The position numbers were made by a program, and so were the translations under genes. Shown here in pieces: positions 10,426 to 19,810 of a stretch of 64,000 nt of DNA (the first letter of the stretch is position 1; each line of letters starts with the position of its first letter). Location: contig JAWLHJ010000006.1 of the NCBI GenBank assembly GCA_041690395.1, positions 230,530-294,529 on the forward strand, written 5' to 3'. The notes under the pieces are model-generated. The model worked only from the letters and a program-made list of their open reading frames with translations, was not told where the DNA came from and did not search any database. This DNA is from Longimicrobiales bacterium. GTDB taxonomy: Bacteria > Gemmatimonadota > Gemmatimonadetes > Longimicrobiales > Gaopeijiaceae.

Positions 10426-11904
10426 TCAGTTCCAGCCGAGTCCCTGCACGAATACGCGCGCCTGAAGATACTCGACCGGGGCCCACCGGTCCGTGAAGGG
10501 ACGCCCCTCCGCCGCCACGGCCGCCTCGGCGCCGCTCCAGTCGGGAAGGTCCGTGCCCTCGGCGGCCGCGAGCACGATGAGGTTCTGCGTCACACGCGCG
10601 TCCGCCGTGGCGTCGACGACGTAGATCCGTGTGCTCGGGAAGACGCTCTCGAGCGTGGACCGCAGGCGATGCAGGAAGGCGGCGCCCGGACCCTCCAGAG
10701 GCGACAGCACGTTGGCCGCCAGGACCCCGTCGGGGGTCAGGCGAGCCGCCATCGCCTCGAAGGCCTCCGTCGTGACCATGGTCCACGGGACCGTCACGAG
10801 GTGGTCGAACACGTCCATGTAGAGCAAGTCGTAGCGGTCGGACGACGTCCGCAGGAATACCCTCGCGTCGTCGTGCGTGACCCTCACCGCATCGTCCGGG
10901 AGCCGTCCCACCGCGAAGTACCGATGCGCGAGCTCGGTCACGACCGGATCGATCTCGACGACGTCGACCGCGAGGTCCGGATGACGCTCGAGGAACGCCA
11001 CCGGCAGGGTCAGCGCGGCGCCACCGAGCACGAGGACGGAGTCGGCACGCGCGAGCTCGTCCCGGAGGATGTCCAGGCTGGCCGTCGCGTACGCGTGGGC
11101 GGGCGCCCCGTCGGCGTATTCCGCCGAGGAGGAGCCTCCGTTCTGCCAGAGCTCTCGGACCTCACGCCCGTCACGCCATGTCCGCTCCGTCACCTGCACG
11201 GAGGCGTAGAGCGTCTGGGTCTGATGGAGCACGCCGGCCGCCGGCGACAGCGCTGCGACGGACAGCCCGGCGACGCACAGCGTGGCCACGACCAGCGTCG
11301 CGTCCGGTACGCGCTGTCCGAGCAGCCTACCCGCGAGCGCGGCCAACAGAAAGAGGAATGCGGCCGTACCGGCCATCAGCACCGGGAGGGGCATGAGCGG
11401 AAGCAGCACGAAACCGGTGGTGAACGACCCGGCGATGGAGCCCGCGGTGGCCGCGGCGCTCAGGTCGCCCGCCCGTCGGCCCACGGTGCCGAGGCTCTCC
11501 GTGTCGGCCTGCACGAGAAACGGCACGACGGCACCCAGGCAGAGCACGGAAGGGGCGAACAGCACGACGGCGCTCGCCACGGCGCCCGGAATGAAGCCGA
11601 GCAGGTCCCGCGCGATCCAGGGCACGGCGATGCCGAGCACGGGAAGGGCCGCGGTGGCGCCCGCCGCCGCCAGGATCAAGGGGAGCGGCACGTCGCCGCG
11701 GTCGGCCATGCGCCCGCCCAGGTGGCTCCCCAGCGCGAGCGCCGCGAGAATCACGCCGATGACCGCGGTCCAGGGGATCGCCGACAGGCCGAACACCGGA
11801 GCGATCATCCGGGCCCCGGCGATCTCGATGACGAGCACCGCGAAGCCCGAGCCGAACGCGAGCGCGAACAGCCCGAGCCTGCGGAGACCGCCCTGTCCTT
11901 CCAT
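10426..11904 (-). CDS. membrane domain + spermidine-synthase-like SAM-dependent fusion
   Basis: Multi-TM N-terminus, then VLVLGGAALT, VVEIDPVV, DDARVFL, YDLLYMDVF, FTDRWAPVE. Confidence 0.85.
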   Translation of the reverse strand: MEGQGGLRRLGLFALAFGSGFAVLVIEIAGARMIAPVFGLSAIPWTAVIGVILAALALGSHLGGRMADRGDVPLPLILAAAGATAALPVLGIAVPWIARDLLGFIPGAVASAVVLFAPSVLCLGAVVPFLVQADTESLGTVGRRAGDLSAAATAGSIAGSFTTGFVLLPLMPLPVLMAGTAAFLFLLAALAGRLLGQRVPDATLVVATLCVAGLSVAALSPAAGVLHQTQTLYASVQVTERTWRDGREVRELWQNGGSSSAEYADGAPAHAYATASLDILRDELARADSVLVLGGAALTLPVAFLERHPDLAVDVVEIDPVVTELAHRYFAVGRLPDDAVRVTHDDARVFLRTSSDRYDLLYMDVFDHLVTVPWTMVTTEAFEAMAARLTPDGVLAANVLSPLEGPGAAFLHRLRSTLESVFPSTRIYVVDATADARVTQNLIVLAAAEGTDLPDWSGAEAAVAAEGRPFTDRWAPVEYLQARVFVQGLGWN

Positions 11905-11905
11905 C

Positions 11906-13753
11906 CTACGCCAGCTGGAGGGCCTTCTTGCCGGCCTTCTTGCGCATGTTGGCGTCGAGAATCCGCTTCCGTAGGCGGATCGCGTCGGGGGTCACCTCGA
12001 TCAGCTCGTCGTCCTCGATGAACTCGAGGGCGAGCTCGAGCGTGATCTTCCGGGGCGGCTCGAGCTTGATGTTCTCGTCGGACGACGTGGTCCGCATGTT
12101 CGTGAGCTTCTTCTCCTTGCTCACGTTCACCTCCATGTCGTCCTGGCGGACGTTCTCGCCGACGATCATGCCGCCGTAGGCGTCATCCCCCGGAGACACG
12201 AAGAGCGTCGCGCGCTCCTGGAGGTTGAACAGCGCGAAGCCGACGACCTTGCCGGGCCGATCGGCGACGAGCACGCCGCGTCCGCGACCGCGCAGCGTCC
12301 CGGCCCAGGGGCCCCACGAGTCGAACTGGTGGTGGAGGATGCCCTCACCCCGCGTGTCGGTCATGAACTCCGAGCGGTACCCGAACAGGCCCCGCGCCGG
12401 AATCTTGAACCGGAGGCGCGTCGTGCCGGAGTCGCCCATCGGGCGCATCTCGGTCATCTCGCCCTTCCGGCCGCCGAGCTTCTCGATCACGGTTCCCACG
12501 AGCTCCTGCGGGACCTCGACGACGGCCTCCTCGTAGGGCTCCTGCGTCACGCCGTCTTCCTTTCGGGTGATCACGCGGGGGCGCGACACCTGGAACTCGA
12601 ACCCCTCGCGGCGCATGGTCTCCATGAGGATCGTGAGGTGGAGTTCGCCCCGGCCGCTCACCGTGAAGGTGTCGGGCTGATCGGTGTCCTCCACCCGCAG
12701 CGCGACGTTGCGCTCGAGCTCCTTGTAGAGCCGGTCACGCACCTGGCGTGTCGTCACGAACTTCCCGGACTGGCCGGCGAAGGGCGAGTTGTTGACCGTG
12801 AAGTCGACGGAGAGCGTCGGCTCCTCGACCGCGATGCCCCGGATGCGCTCCCGGTGCTCGGGGTCGGTGAGCGTCTTGCCGATCTCCACGCCTTCGATGC
12901 CCGCAAGCGCGATGATGTCGCCTGCCTGGGCTTCCTCGACCTCGATCCGGTCGAGTCCCGAGAAGGTGTAGAGCTTGGTCACCCGTGCGTCCTCGTACTC
13001 GTCGCCCGCGGTCACCATGCCGGGCTCACCGAGTTCCAGGATCGACACGCGCTCACCCACCGACACCGTCCCACGCTCGACGCGCCCGATGGCGATGCGC
13101 CCGACGTACGACGAGAAATCGAGCGTCGAGATCAGCATCTGGAAGGGGCCGTCCCGGTCCACCACTGGCGCCGGAACGCGCTCCAGGATCACGTCGAAGA
13201 GGGGCGACAGGTCACCGCCCTTGACCTCCGGGTCGGTCGAGGCCCACCCGTCGCGGCCCACCGCGTACAGGAACGGAGCGTCGAGCTGCTTGTCGTCGGC
13301 CTCGAGGTCCATGAAGAGCTCGAGTACCTCGTCGTGCACCTCGTGGGGACGCGCATCGCTCCGGTCCACCTTGTTGATGACCACGAGGGGCTGGAGTCCC
13401 AGCTCGAGCGCCTTCCGCGTCACGAAGCGGGTCTGCGGCATCGGGCCTTCGGCTGCGTCCACGAGAAGGACGACACCGTCGACCATCCGCAGAATGCGCT
13501 CCACCTCACCGCCGAAGTCCGCGTGCCCGGGCGTGTCGACGATGTTGATCTTCACGCCCTTCCACTCGACGGCGGTGTTCTTCGCCAGAATGGTGATCCC
13601 CCGCTCCTTCTCGAGCGGGTTCGAGTCCATGACACGCTCCACGAACGCCTGGTTCTCTCGGAAGACACCCGCCTTGCGGAACATCTGGTCCACGAGGGTG
13701 GTCTTGCCGTGATCGACGTGCGCGATGATCGCGATGTTGCGGATAGGTACCAT
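11906..13753 (-). CDS. typA: translational GTPase TypA/BipA
   Basis: [58 protein letters not shown]. Confidence 0.98.
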   Translation of the reverse strand: MVPIRNIAIIAHVDHGKTTLVDQMFRKAGVFRENQAFVERVMDSNPLEKERGITILAKNTAVEWKGVKINIVDTPGHADFGGEVERILRMVDGVVLLVDAAEGPMPQTRFVTRKALELGLQPLVVINKVDRSDARPHEVHDEVLELFMDLEADDKQLDAPFLYAVGRDGWASTDPEVKGGDLSPLFDVILERVPAPVVDRDGPFQMLISTLDFSSYVGRIAIGRVERGTVSVGERVSILELGEPGMVTAGDEYEDARVTKLYTFSGLDRIEVEEAQAGDIIALAGIEGVEIGKTLTDPEHRERIRGIAVEEPTLSVDFTVNNSPFAGQSGKFVTTRQVRDRLYKELERNVALRVEDTDQPDTFTVSGRGELHLTILMETMRREGFEFQVSRPRVITRKEDGVTQEPYEEAVVEVPQELVGTVIEKLGGRKGEMTEMRPMGDSGTTRLRFKIPARGLFGYRSEFMTDTRGEGILHHQFDSWGPWAGTLRGRGRGVLVADRPGKVVGFALFNLQERATLFVSPGDDAYGGMIVGENVRQDDMEVNVSKEKKLTNMRTTSSDENIKLEPPRKITLELALEFIEDDELIEVTPDAIRLRKRILDANMRKKAGKKALQLA

Positions 13754-13937
13754 ATTCGGGAGCGCAGCGAGGCGCGGAACGAGTCAAGCTCAGTGCTCGT
13801 GCGGGACGGGATGCCGCGATCGGGATCGCGGGCCGTCTGATGCACAGCACTTCAAGTTAACACGTTTCACGTCCGGCGTCGCCGGGTGCCCGTAGCTCGG
13901 TTCGCTTTGCTTGCTCAGAACAACAAGACCCACCTAT

Positions 13938-16274
13938 ATGGGTTCTGGCTCGCTCGGGATCGTGACGCGGTGGAGGATCTACATCTTGAGACCCTTTCTG
14001 GTCATCCTGGCCCTCGCCGGGGCTCCGGCCGCCCTCCCGGCCCAAGTGACACCAGACACAGTGCAGGGAAGGGTCCTCGAGGCTCGAGCGGATCGTCCGG
14101 TGTCAGGGGCCTCGGTCAGATCGATCGCGCGGGGGCTCTCGACCGAGACGGACAGCGTCGGGGCTTTCCGGCTCGTGGTTGCGAGTGCGGGAGAGGTGCG
14201 CTTCTCGGTTTCTGCTTATGGCTACGAGACCCGAGACACGCTGCTGCGACGTCCGCTACCGGACGAGGTAGAGATCTCGTTGGAGCCGGTGCCCGTCAGG
14301 CTGCGCCCGCTGACCGTCCAGGCGTCGCGGCTGCCACGGGACGGCCCCGGTCGAGAGCGGGCGCTGTTCGACCGCGAAGTATCCCCTGGCGTCGTCGGCA
14401 TCGGCATGCCGGAGATGCGAGACGCGCCCATCGCCGTCGAACCCGACGTCCTCCGGTCGCTTCAGTCCCTCCCGGGCGTGGTCGCGCTCAACGATCTGGC
14501 GGCTCAGCTGCATGTGCGGGGAGGCGGGCCGGACCAGAACGCGTTCTACCTCGATGGTGCTCGCATCTTCGCACCGTACCACATTTTCGGCCTGTTCGGC
14601 GCCTTCAACCCGGAAACCATCGACCGCGCCGAGATGTATCGAGCGTCCTTCCCGGCCCGGTTCGGCGGAACGCTGAGCTCCGTCGTGGACGTCCGGCAGC
14701 GGGTGGGAGCGGACGATGAGCCCTCCGACGATCCACCGGAGCTCGAAGGCGCCGGCGGCGTGAGCTTGATGGGTGCCCGCGTGGCGGTACGGGGTTCGAG
14801 GCCGTCCGAGGGCCTGCGCTGGGGCGTTGGCGCGCGGCGGACACACGCGGACCTCACGCTGGGCTCGTTCACCGCACCGGACGAGTTCCCGTTCCGCTTC
14901 CACGACGTGCAGGGGAAGCTGGACATCGATCGTCCGGGCTCACGGCTATCGGTATCCGTCTTCGACTCCTCCGACAGGTTCCGGATGTTCCTGGATGACG
15001 CCGAAGGCGGACTGCGCTCTTCGTGGGCGAATCGAGCGGGCTCGGTCACCTGGAGCACGCTCTTCGCCAGGGCTTGGGAGCTCACGGCGGTGGGCTGGGG
15101 CTCCGGCTACGACGGTGATCTGACCGTCGGTGACCCGGCAGTGGCCGGGACGACGTCGAGCAGCGTTCGCGCTGCGGGGCTCCGGGTCGAGGCCGCTCGG
15201 CGAGGTGAGATGGGAGGCTTCAGGGCCGGGGTCGATGTCGAGTGGACGCAGTCCACGCTGGTCGGCTCTCCCGATTCGGTAGGCTACGTCGTCGGCGAGG
15301 ACCGCTCGCGGGCCTCGAGGTCCGCCCTGTACTTCGAAGGGGACCGCTGGTTCGGGCCGCTCCGACTCTCGCCGGGTATCCGGACGGTCTTCGCCACCTC
15401 GGGTCGCTCTTTTCTTCTGGAGCCCCGCCTTGCCGCACGCCTCCATCTGGCGCGCGACCTGGCGTTGACCGTCGGCGCGTCACGGGCCCATCAGCACCTG
15501 TTCGCGCTGCGGGACGACCGCTACCTCCTGCCGGGTGCTCCGCTCTGGATGGGAACGCGACAGGAGGAGAGCGCGCCACGTTCCCGGGCCGACGGTTTGA
15601 CCATGGCTCTCGAAGGGTGGTCGGCACGGACGTGGAGCTTCGAGCTCGCCGGGTATCACCGCAGGTTCGAAGGCTTGCCGCGCTGGCGCCCGGAGGGTCG
15701 CCGGAATCTCGATCAGCTGAGATTCGACGAAGGGCGAGCGTGGGGTGGTGAGGTCTTCGTGCGGCGTCACGAGGGGATGATCACGGGGTGGGTAGGGTAC
15801 GGGCTCTCCGGCGTGACGATGCAGGGCGCGAACGAAACGGACGAGTATCGAGCGGCCTGGGACCGGCGCCACGCAGTGGACGCAATGGCATTCCTTCGAC
15901 CGGGTGATGCCTTTTCGCTGTCGCTTCGGATGACCTACGGATCCGGCCTTCCCTTCTGGCCCCCGGCGGGGACGGTCGATGGTCGACGTTTCGACCCGGT
16001 CCTCGGCCAGACCGCTCAGGGCGATGCGTACCCGGTGTGGGCCGACAGCCAGACTCGGTTCCCGTCCTACCTGCGGATCGATGTCGGGGCCAGGACGGAC
16101 TTCCGGGTGGGAGGTCTAAGGGTGGAGCCGTACCTGAGCATTCTCAACGCCACGAATCACGCGAATGTGCTGTTCTACGAGACCGGTCAGGCGATGCCGG
16201 ATGGTCCACCGGTCTTGAGACCGACCCTTCAGTTGCCGTTCATCCCGATCATCGGGTTCGACATTTCGTTCTAG
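13938..16274 (+). CDS. TonB-dependent receptor with N-terminal carboxypeptidase-regulatory-like domain
   Basis: Plug motifs EPDVLRSLQSLPGVV, VRGGGPDQN, FPARFGG. Barrel motifs LEPRLA, WDRRH, YLRIDV. C-terminal F. Start uncertain. Confidence 0.88.
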   Translation: MGSGSLGIVTRWRIYILRPFLVILALAGAPAALPAQVTPDTVQGRVLEARADRPVSGASVRSIARGLSTETDSVGAFRLVVASAGEVRFSVSAYGYETRDTLLRRPLPDEVEISLEPVPVRLRPLTVQASRLPRDGPGRERALFDREVSPGVVGIGMPEMRDAPIAVEPDVLRSLQSLPGVVALNDLAAQLHVRGGGPDQNAFYLDGARIFAPYHIFGLFGAFNPETIDRAEMYRASFPARFGGTLSSVVDVRQRVGADDEPSDDPPELEGAGGVSLMGARVAVRGSRPSEGLRWGVGARRTHADLTLGSFTAPDEFPFRFHDVQGKLDIDRPGSRLSVSVFDSSDRFRMFLDDAEGGLRSSWANRAGSVTWSTLFARAWELTAVGWGSGYDGDLTVGDPAVAGTTSSSVRAAGLRVEAARRGEMGGFRAGVDVEWTQSTLVGSPDSVGYVVGEDRSRASRSALYFEGDRWFGPLRLSPGIRTVFATSGRSFLLEPRLAARLHLARDLALTVGASRAHQHLFALRDDRYLLPGAPLWMGTRQEESAPRSRADGLTMALEGWSARTWSFELAGYHRRFEGLPRWRPEGRRNLDQLRFDEGRAWGGEVFVRRHEGMITGWVGYGLSGVTMQGANETDEYRAAWDRRHAVDAMAFLRPGDAFSLSLRMTYGSGLPFWPPAGTVDGRRFDPVLGQTAQGDAYPVWADSQTRFPSYLRIDVGARTDFRVGGLRVEPYLSILNATNHANVLFYETGQAMPDGPPVLRPTLQLPFIPIIGFDISF

Positions 16275-16291
16275 GCGGAGATTCGGAGCCG

Positions 16292-17095
16292 ATGCCATCG
16301 AAAGCGCTTTTGCTGTTCACAGCCTGCCTCGTCATCGCCGGGTGTAACCTACCCGCCATGTTCGAGCCTCCGGCGGAGCAGTCGGCGCAACGGCTGCAGC
16401 TCTTCATGGTCCTCGACCCGGCTCGGAGCACACAGGTGCTGCTCGTGGAGCCAGTCGACGCCGAGGAGCCGCTCGGAGAGGTGGCCGCCTCGATGTACCA
16501 GATCGCGGCCGGTGATACCGTGTTGGTCGCTGATGCGGTAACGAGCGCGGGCCTCGCGCCCTGCACGGACCGCTATGGCCGCCTCGGGGGATGGGACTTC
16601 GCGTGCGCGGTGTTCGACGCGCCGGTCGAACCCGGGGTTCGCTATCTGGTTCGAGTCACATCTGCGGGCCGGCCCACGGCGACGGCGACCGCCGTTGTTC
16701 CCGGGGACTTCGAGATCGTGTACGCCGAAGCGTCCGGACAGCCTCCCGGAACCGGTGGCCTGACGGTGGAGTGGTCGGCGAGCGCCCATGCCCAGGGTTA
16801 CTTCGTCAGCGTACGACCTTCCACGGAACCCGACTGCGCGCGAACGGCCACGTGCCCGGACGGATGGTTCGTAAGCACGGTGGGCAATGCAGTCCAGACT
16901 ACCATCCCTCGGGATCTATTGCCCAAACACCTGGGGAGATGGATCCTGGAGGTTCATGCCCTCGACGCAGTGCTTCTGGAACACCTTACCACGGGGTCGG
17001 GCGGCAGCTTGTTCCCTGTGCCACCGGTGCAGAACGTGGAGGGAGGGTTTGGAGCGGTGGGGGCGTGGGCAGCACGGAGCCAACTCCTGCCGTAA
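16292..17095 (+). CDS. lipoprotein partner of TBDR (DUF4249-like)
   Basis: Lipobox IAGC. C-terminal NVEGGFGAVGA typical of DUF4249-type partners. Confidence 0.7.
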   Translation: MPSKALLLFTACLVIAGCNLPAMFEPPAEQSAQRLQLFMVLDPARSTQVLLVEPVDAEEPLGEVAASMYQIAAGDTVLVADAVTSAGLAPCTDRYGRLGGWDFACAVFDAPVEPGVRYLVRVTSAGRPTATATAVVPGDFEIVYAEASGQPPGTGGLTVEWSASAHAQGYFVSVRPSTEPDCARTATCPDGWFVSTVGNAVQTTIPRDLLPKHLGRWILEVHALDAVLLEHLTTGSGGSLFPVPPVQNVEGGFGAVGAWAARSQLLP

Positions 17096-17134
17096 ATCAG
17101 TCCGCCGTGAGTCCGAAGTCGCGCGGCGCCCCGC

Positions 17135-18208
17135 CTACTCCTGCGCCGCCCGCTTCCTCAGGCCGAACGAAGCCAGGAACCCGTCCAGCGTGCGCTGGAA
17201 GTCTTCTCTGGCCGGGTCGTTACCGCCCGGACGCGCGAACGCCTCCACGACGAACGCCAGCACCGTCCCGCCCATCCCCCCCAGTACGAGGCCCAGCGCG
17301 AGGAAGAGCTTCAGCCGGCGCTCGTCGGGCCCCGGCGGCATGAACGGAGGCTGTAGCACGGTGATGACCGGCGTGTCCCGGACTTCGGCGATGCGCGCCT
17401 GCTCGAACGACTGCACGAGCGTGGTGAACACCTGCTGGCGGAGCGAGACGTTCCGTTGGAGTCGCTCGTACTGGAACGTCAGCTCGGGCGAGCTCTCGAA
17501 CTGACGGTTGGCCTGCAGGAAGCTCTGCAGTTCGTTCTCCGCGACCTCGAGGTCGGCCCGCGCGGTCTCGACGCGTTCCTCGATGAAGCTCCGCTCGGAC
17601 GCAGCCTGGGACTGGCGTGTCTCGAGGTTGAAGCGGCTGATCTCGGCCAGGAGTCGCTCGGAGATCTGCAGCGAGAGCTCCGGCCAATCCGTCGTGACCT
17701 CGACCGTGACGATTCCGGTCTCCCGCCCGGTCGAGACCGACACGGCGGACTCCCTCAGCCACTCGATGACCCGCTTCAAGCGGAGGTCCTCGGTGTCCTC
17801 CTCGATCTCGAGCAGATCGGCGAGCCGAACGGTGGCGCCGTCCACCTGGAGGTCGGTCTCGGCCACGCTGAGCAGGATCTCGCGCGAGGTGAGAAGCTCG
17901 GCGTAGAACGCCGGGCTGAGGGCGTCCCCGCCGCCGACGCTGACGCCGAACTGGCTCGCCAGGGCCATGAGCTGGGACTGCGATGCCTCGGACCCCTGGG
18001 GCTGGAAGGAGGACGCCGTGGTGAACTCGGGGTCGCGCGTGAGCGCGAACACGACGGCCAGTGCCCCCACCGCCACCGTGGACAGAACGATGACGCGGCG
18101 CCGGCGAAGGAGCACGGCGAGCACTTCCCAGAGCGAGATCTCGTCGTCGGGAACGCCCGCGGACGGGGTCCGCGTCGTCGGCGTTACCGGCGTGTGATCG
18201 CTCGTCAT
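17135..18208 (-). CDS. Wzz/GumC-like polysaccharide chain-length regulator (no kinase domain)
   Basis: DEISLWEVLAVLLRRRR + TM, coiled coil, VITVLQPP..P + second TM. GGAGGAG SD. Confidence 0.85.
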   Translation of the reverse strand: MTSDHTPVTPTTRTPSAGVPDDEISLWEVLAVLLRRRRVIVLSTVAVGALAVVFALTRDPEFTTASSFQPQGSEASQSQLMALASQFGVSVGGGDALSPAFYAELLTSREILLSVAETDLQVDGATVRLADLLEIEEDTEDLRLKRVIEWLRESAVSVSTGRETGIVTVEVTTDWPELSLQISERLLAEISRFNLETRQSQAASERSFIEERVETARADLEVAENELQSFLQANRQFESSPELTFQYERLQRNVSLRQQVFTTLVQSFEQARIAEVRDTPVITVLQPPFMPPGPDERRLKLFLALGLVLGGMGGTVLAFVVEAFARPGGNDPAREDFQRTLDGFLASFGLRKRAAQE

Positions 18209-18465
18209 GTCGGCTCCTCCAGGGCCTCCGCTCCTCCCACACGGCGGGGCCGGACGACCCCTCCGTGGCTCGGGAGGGAGTATCGCCCCGGCCCCGCACG
18301 CCAGCAACCCGTTTCCCGCCTCCGGGCCGGTCGGCGGCGAGCCGCGTCCCACGGGCGGCGGAAACCTCCCCGACTGGACTGGGTAGATCCGGTCGCCTCC
18401 TCCCCAAACAGATCCGGAGGCGCGACCGAGCCAGAGAGCCGTCCTTCCGACAGCAGGTTACGAAC

Positions 18466-19770
18466 ATGCGTCACCCATCCCTCCTCCCGATCGCCGCGCC
18501 GGCTCTTCTCGTAGCCGCGCTCGCGCTTCCCGTCACGGCCCAGGACGTGGAGCCCGAGTACGTCGCCGAAGCCGAGATGCTCTGGAACGATCCCGGTCTG
18601 ACCGAGGCGCTCCGCATCGCCGAGGAGATCGACGACTGGTCGCTCGACCTCCTGATCGAGATCACCGAGATCCCGGCTCCGCCGTTCATGGAGGAAGCGC
18701 GGGGACGGCGCTTCGGGGAGCTGCTCGCCGAGCTCGGTGCGGACTCGGTGTGGACCGACGCCGAAGGGAACGTGATCGGGCTGCGCGAAGGACGGACCGG
18801 CGAGCGCCGCGTAGCGATCGGCGGACACCTGGACACCGTGTTCCCCGAGGGCACCGACGTTTCCGTGCGACAGGTGGGCGACACGCTGTTCGCGCCGGGT
18901 GTGGGCGACGACTCCCGTGGGCTCGTGGTCGTCCTCTCCGTCCTGCGCGCGCTCGAGGAGGCCGGGATCGAGACCGACGACGACCTGCTCTTCGTGGGCG
19001 TGGTGGGCGAGGAGGGACTCGGCGACCTGCGCGGCATGAAGCACATCTACAGCGAGGAAGGCGACCGGCCCGACGTGTGGATCGAGGTCGACGGCGGGGG
19101 ACTCGCCGGCATCGTCAGCATGGGGCTGGGGTCCGTGCGGTACCGGCCCACGTTCCACGGCCCGGGGGGCCACTCCTGGGGCGCGTTCGGACTCGCGAAC
19201 CCGGCCCACGCGCTCGCCCGGGGCATCCGGTATTTCCAGGACGCGGCCGACACGCTGACACGCTCCGGGCCGCGCACCAGCTACAACATCGGTCGGCTGG
19301 GCGGCGGAACCTCGGTGAACTCGATCCCCTTCGAGGCGTGGGCGGAGATCGACATGCGCTCCATCAGTCCGGCGAGCCTTCCCGTCATGGAGAACGCGCT
19401 CATCGAGGCCATGAACCGGGCCCTCGAGGAAGAGAACGCGCTGCGCCGTGACGGCGACCCGCTCGAGCTCGACCTCGCCAAGATCGGTGACCGTCCCTCG
19501 GGCGAGATGGATCCGGCCACCCCGCTCGTGCAGCGCTCGCTGGCCATCACGCGCCTGTTCGACGTCGAGCCGAGCCTCGGCCGCTCGTCGACCGACTCGA
19601 ACGTTCCCATCGCGCTCGGTTACCCGGCCGTGACCATCGGGCGGGGCGGCATCGGGGCCAACGGTCACGCGCCGGACGAGTACTGGATCAACCGGGACGC
19701 GTATCTGGCCGTGCAGCGCGCCCTGCTGCTCACCGTGGCCGAAGCCGGCCTCGGCACGCCGGTCTCCTGA
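18466..19770 (+). CDS. exported M20/M25/M40 metallopeptidase
   Basis: Signal peptide, HLDTVFP, GVGDDSRG, EEGLGDLRG, GPGGHSW, STDSN, HAPDE. Confidence 0.88.
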   Translation: MRHPSLLPIAAPALLVAALALPVTAQDVEPEYVAEAEMLWNDPGLTEALRIAEEIDDWSLDLLIEITEIPAPPFMEEARGRRFGELLAELGADSVWTDAEGNVIGLREGRTGERRVAIGGHLDTVFPEGTDVSVRQVGDTLFAPGVGDDSRGLVVVLSVLRALEEAGIETDDDLLFVGVVGEEGLGDLRGMKHIYSEEGDRPDVWIEVDGGGLAGIVSMGLGSVRYRPTFHGPGGHSWGAFGLANPAHALARGIRYFQDAADTLTRSGPRTSYNIGRLGGGTSVNSIPFEAWAEIDMRSISPASLPVMENALIEAMNRALEEENALRRDGDPLELDLAKIGDRPSGEMDPATPLVQRSLAITRLFDVEPSLGRSSTDSNVPIALGYPAVTIGRGGIGANGHAPDEYWINRDAYLAVQRALLLTVAEAGLGTPVS

Positions 19771-19810
19771 CGTCCTGAAGGGAGTCGAGGCCTCTCGCGG
19801 CGACGCGACG

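Noticed and set aside
18209..18465. GC-rich hairpins in the wzz/M20 intergenic region
   Set aside because: Stems are short and expected at this GC content; no terminator or known motif.
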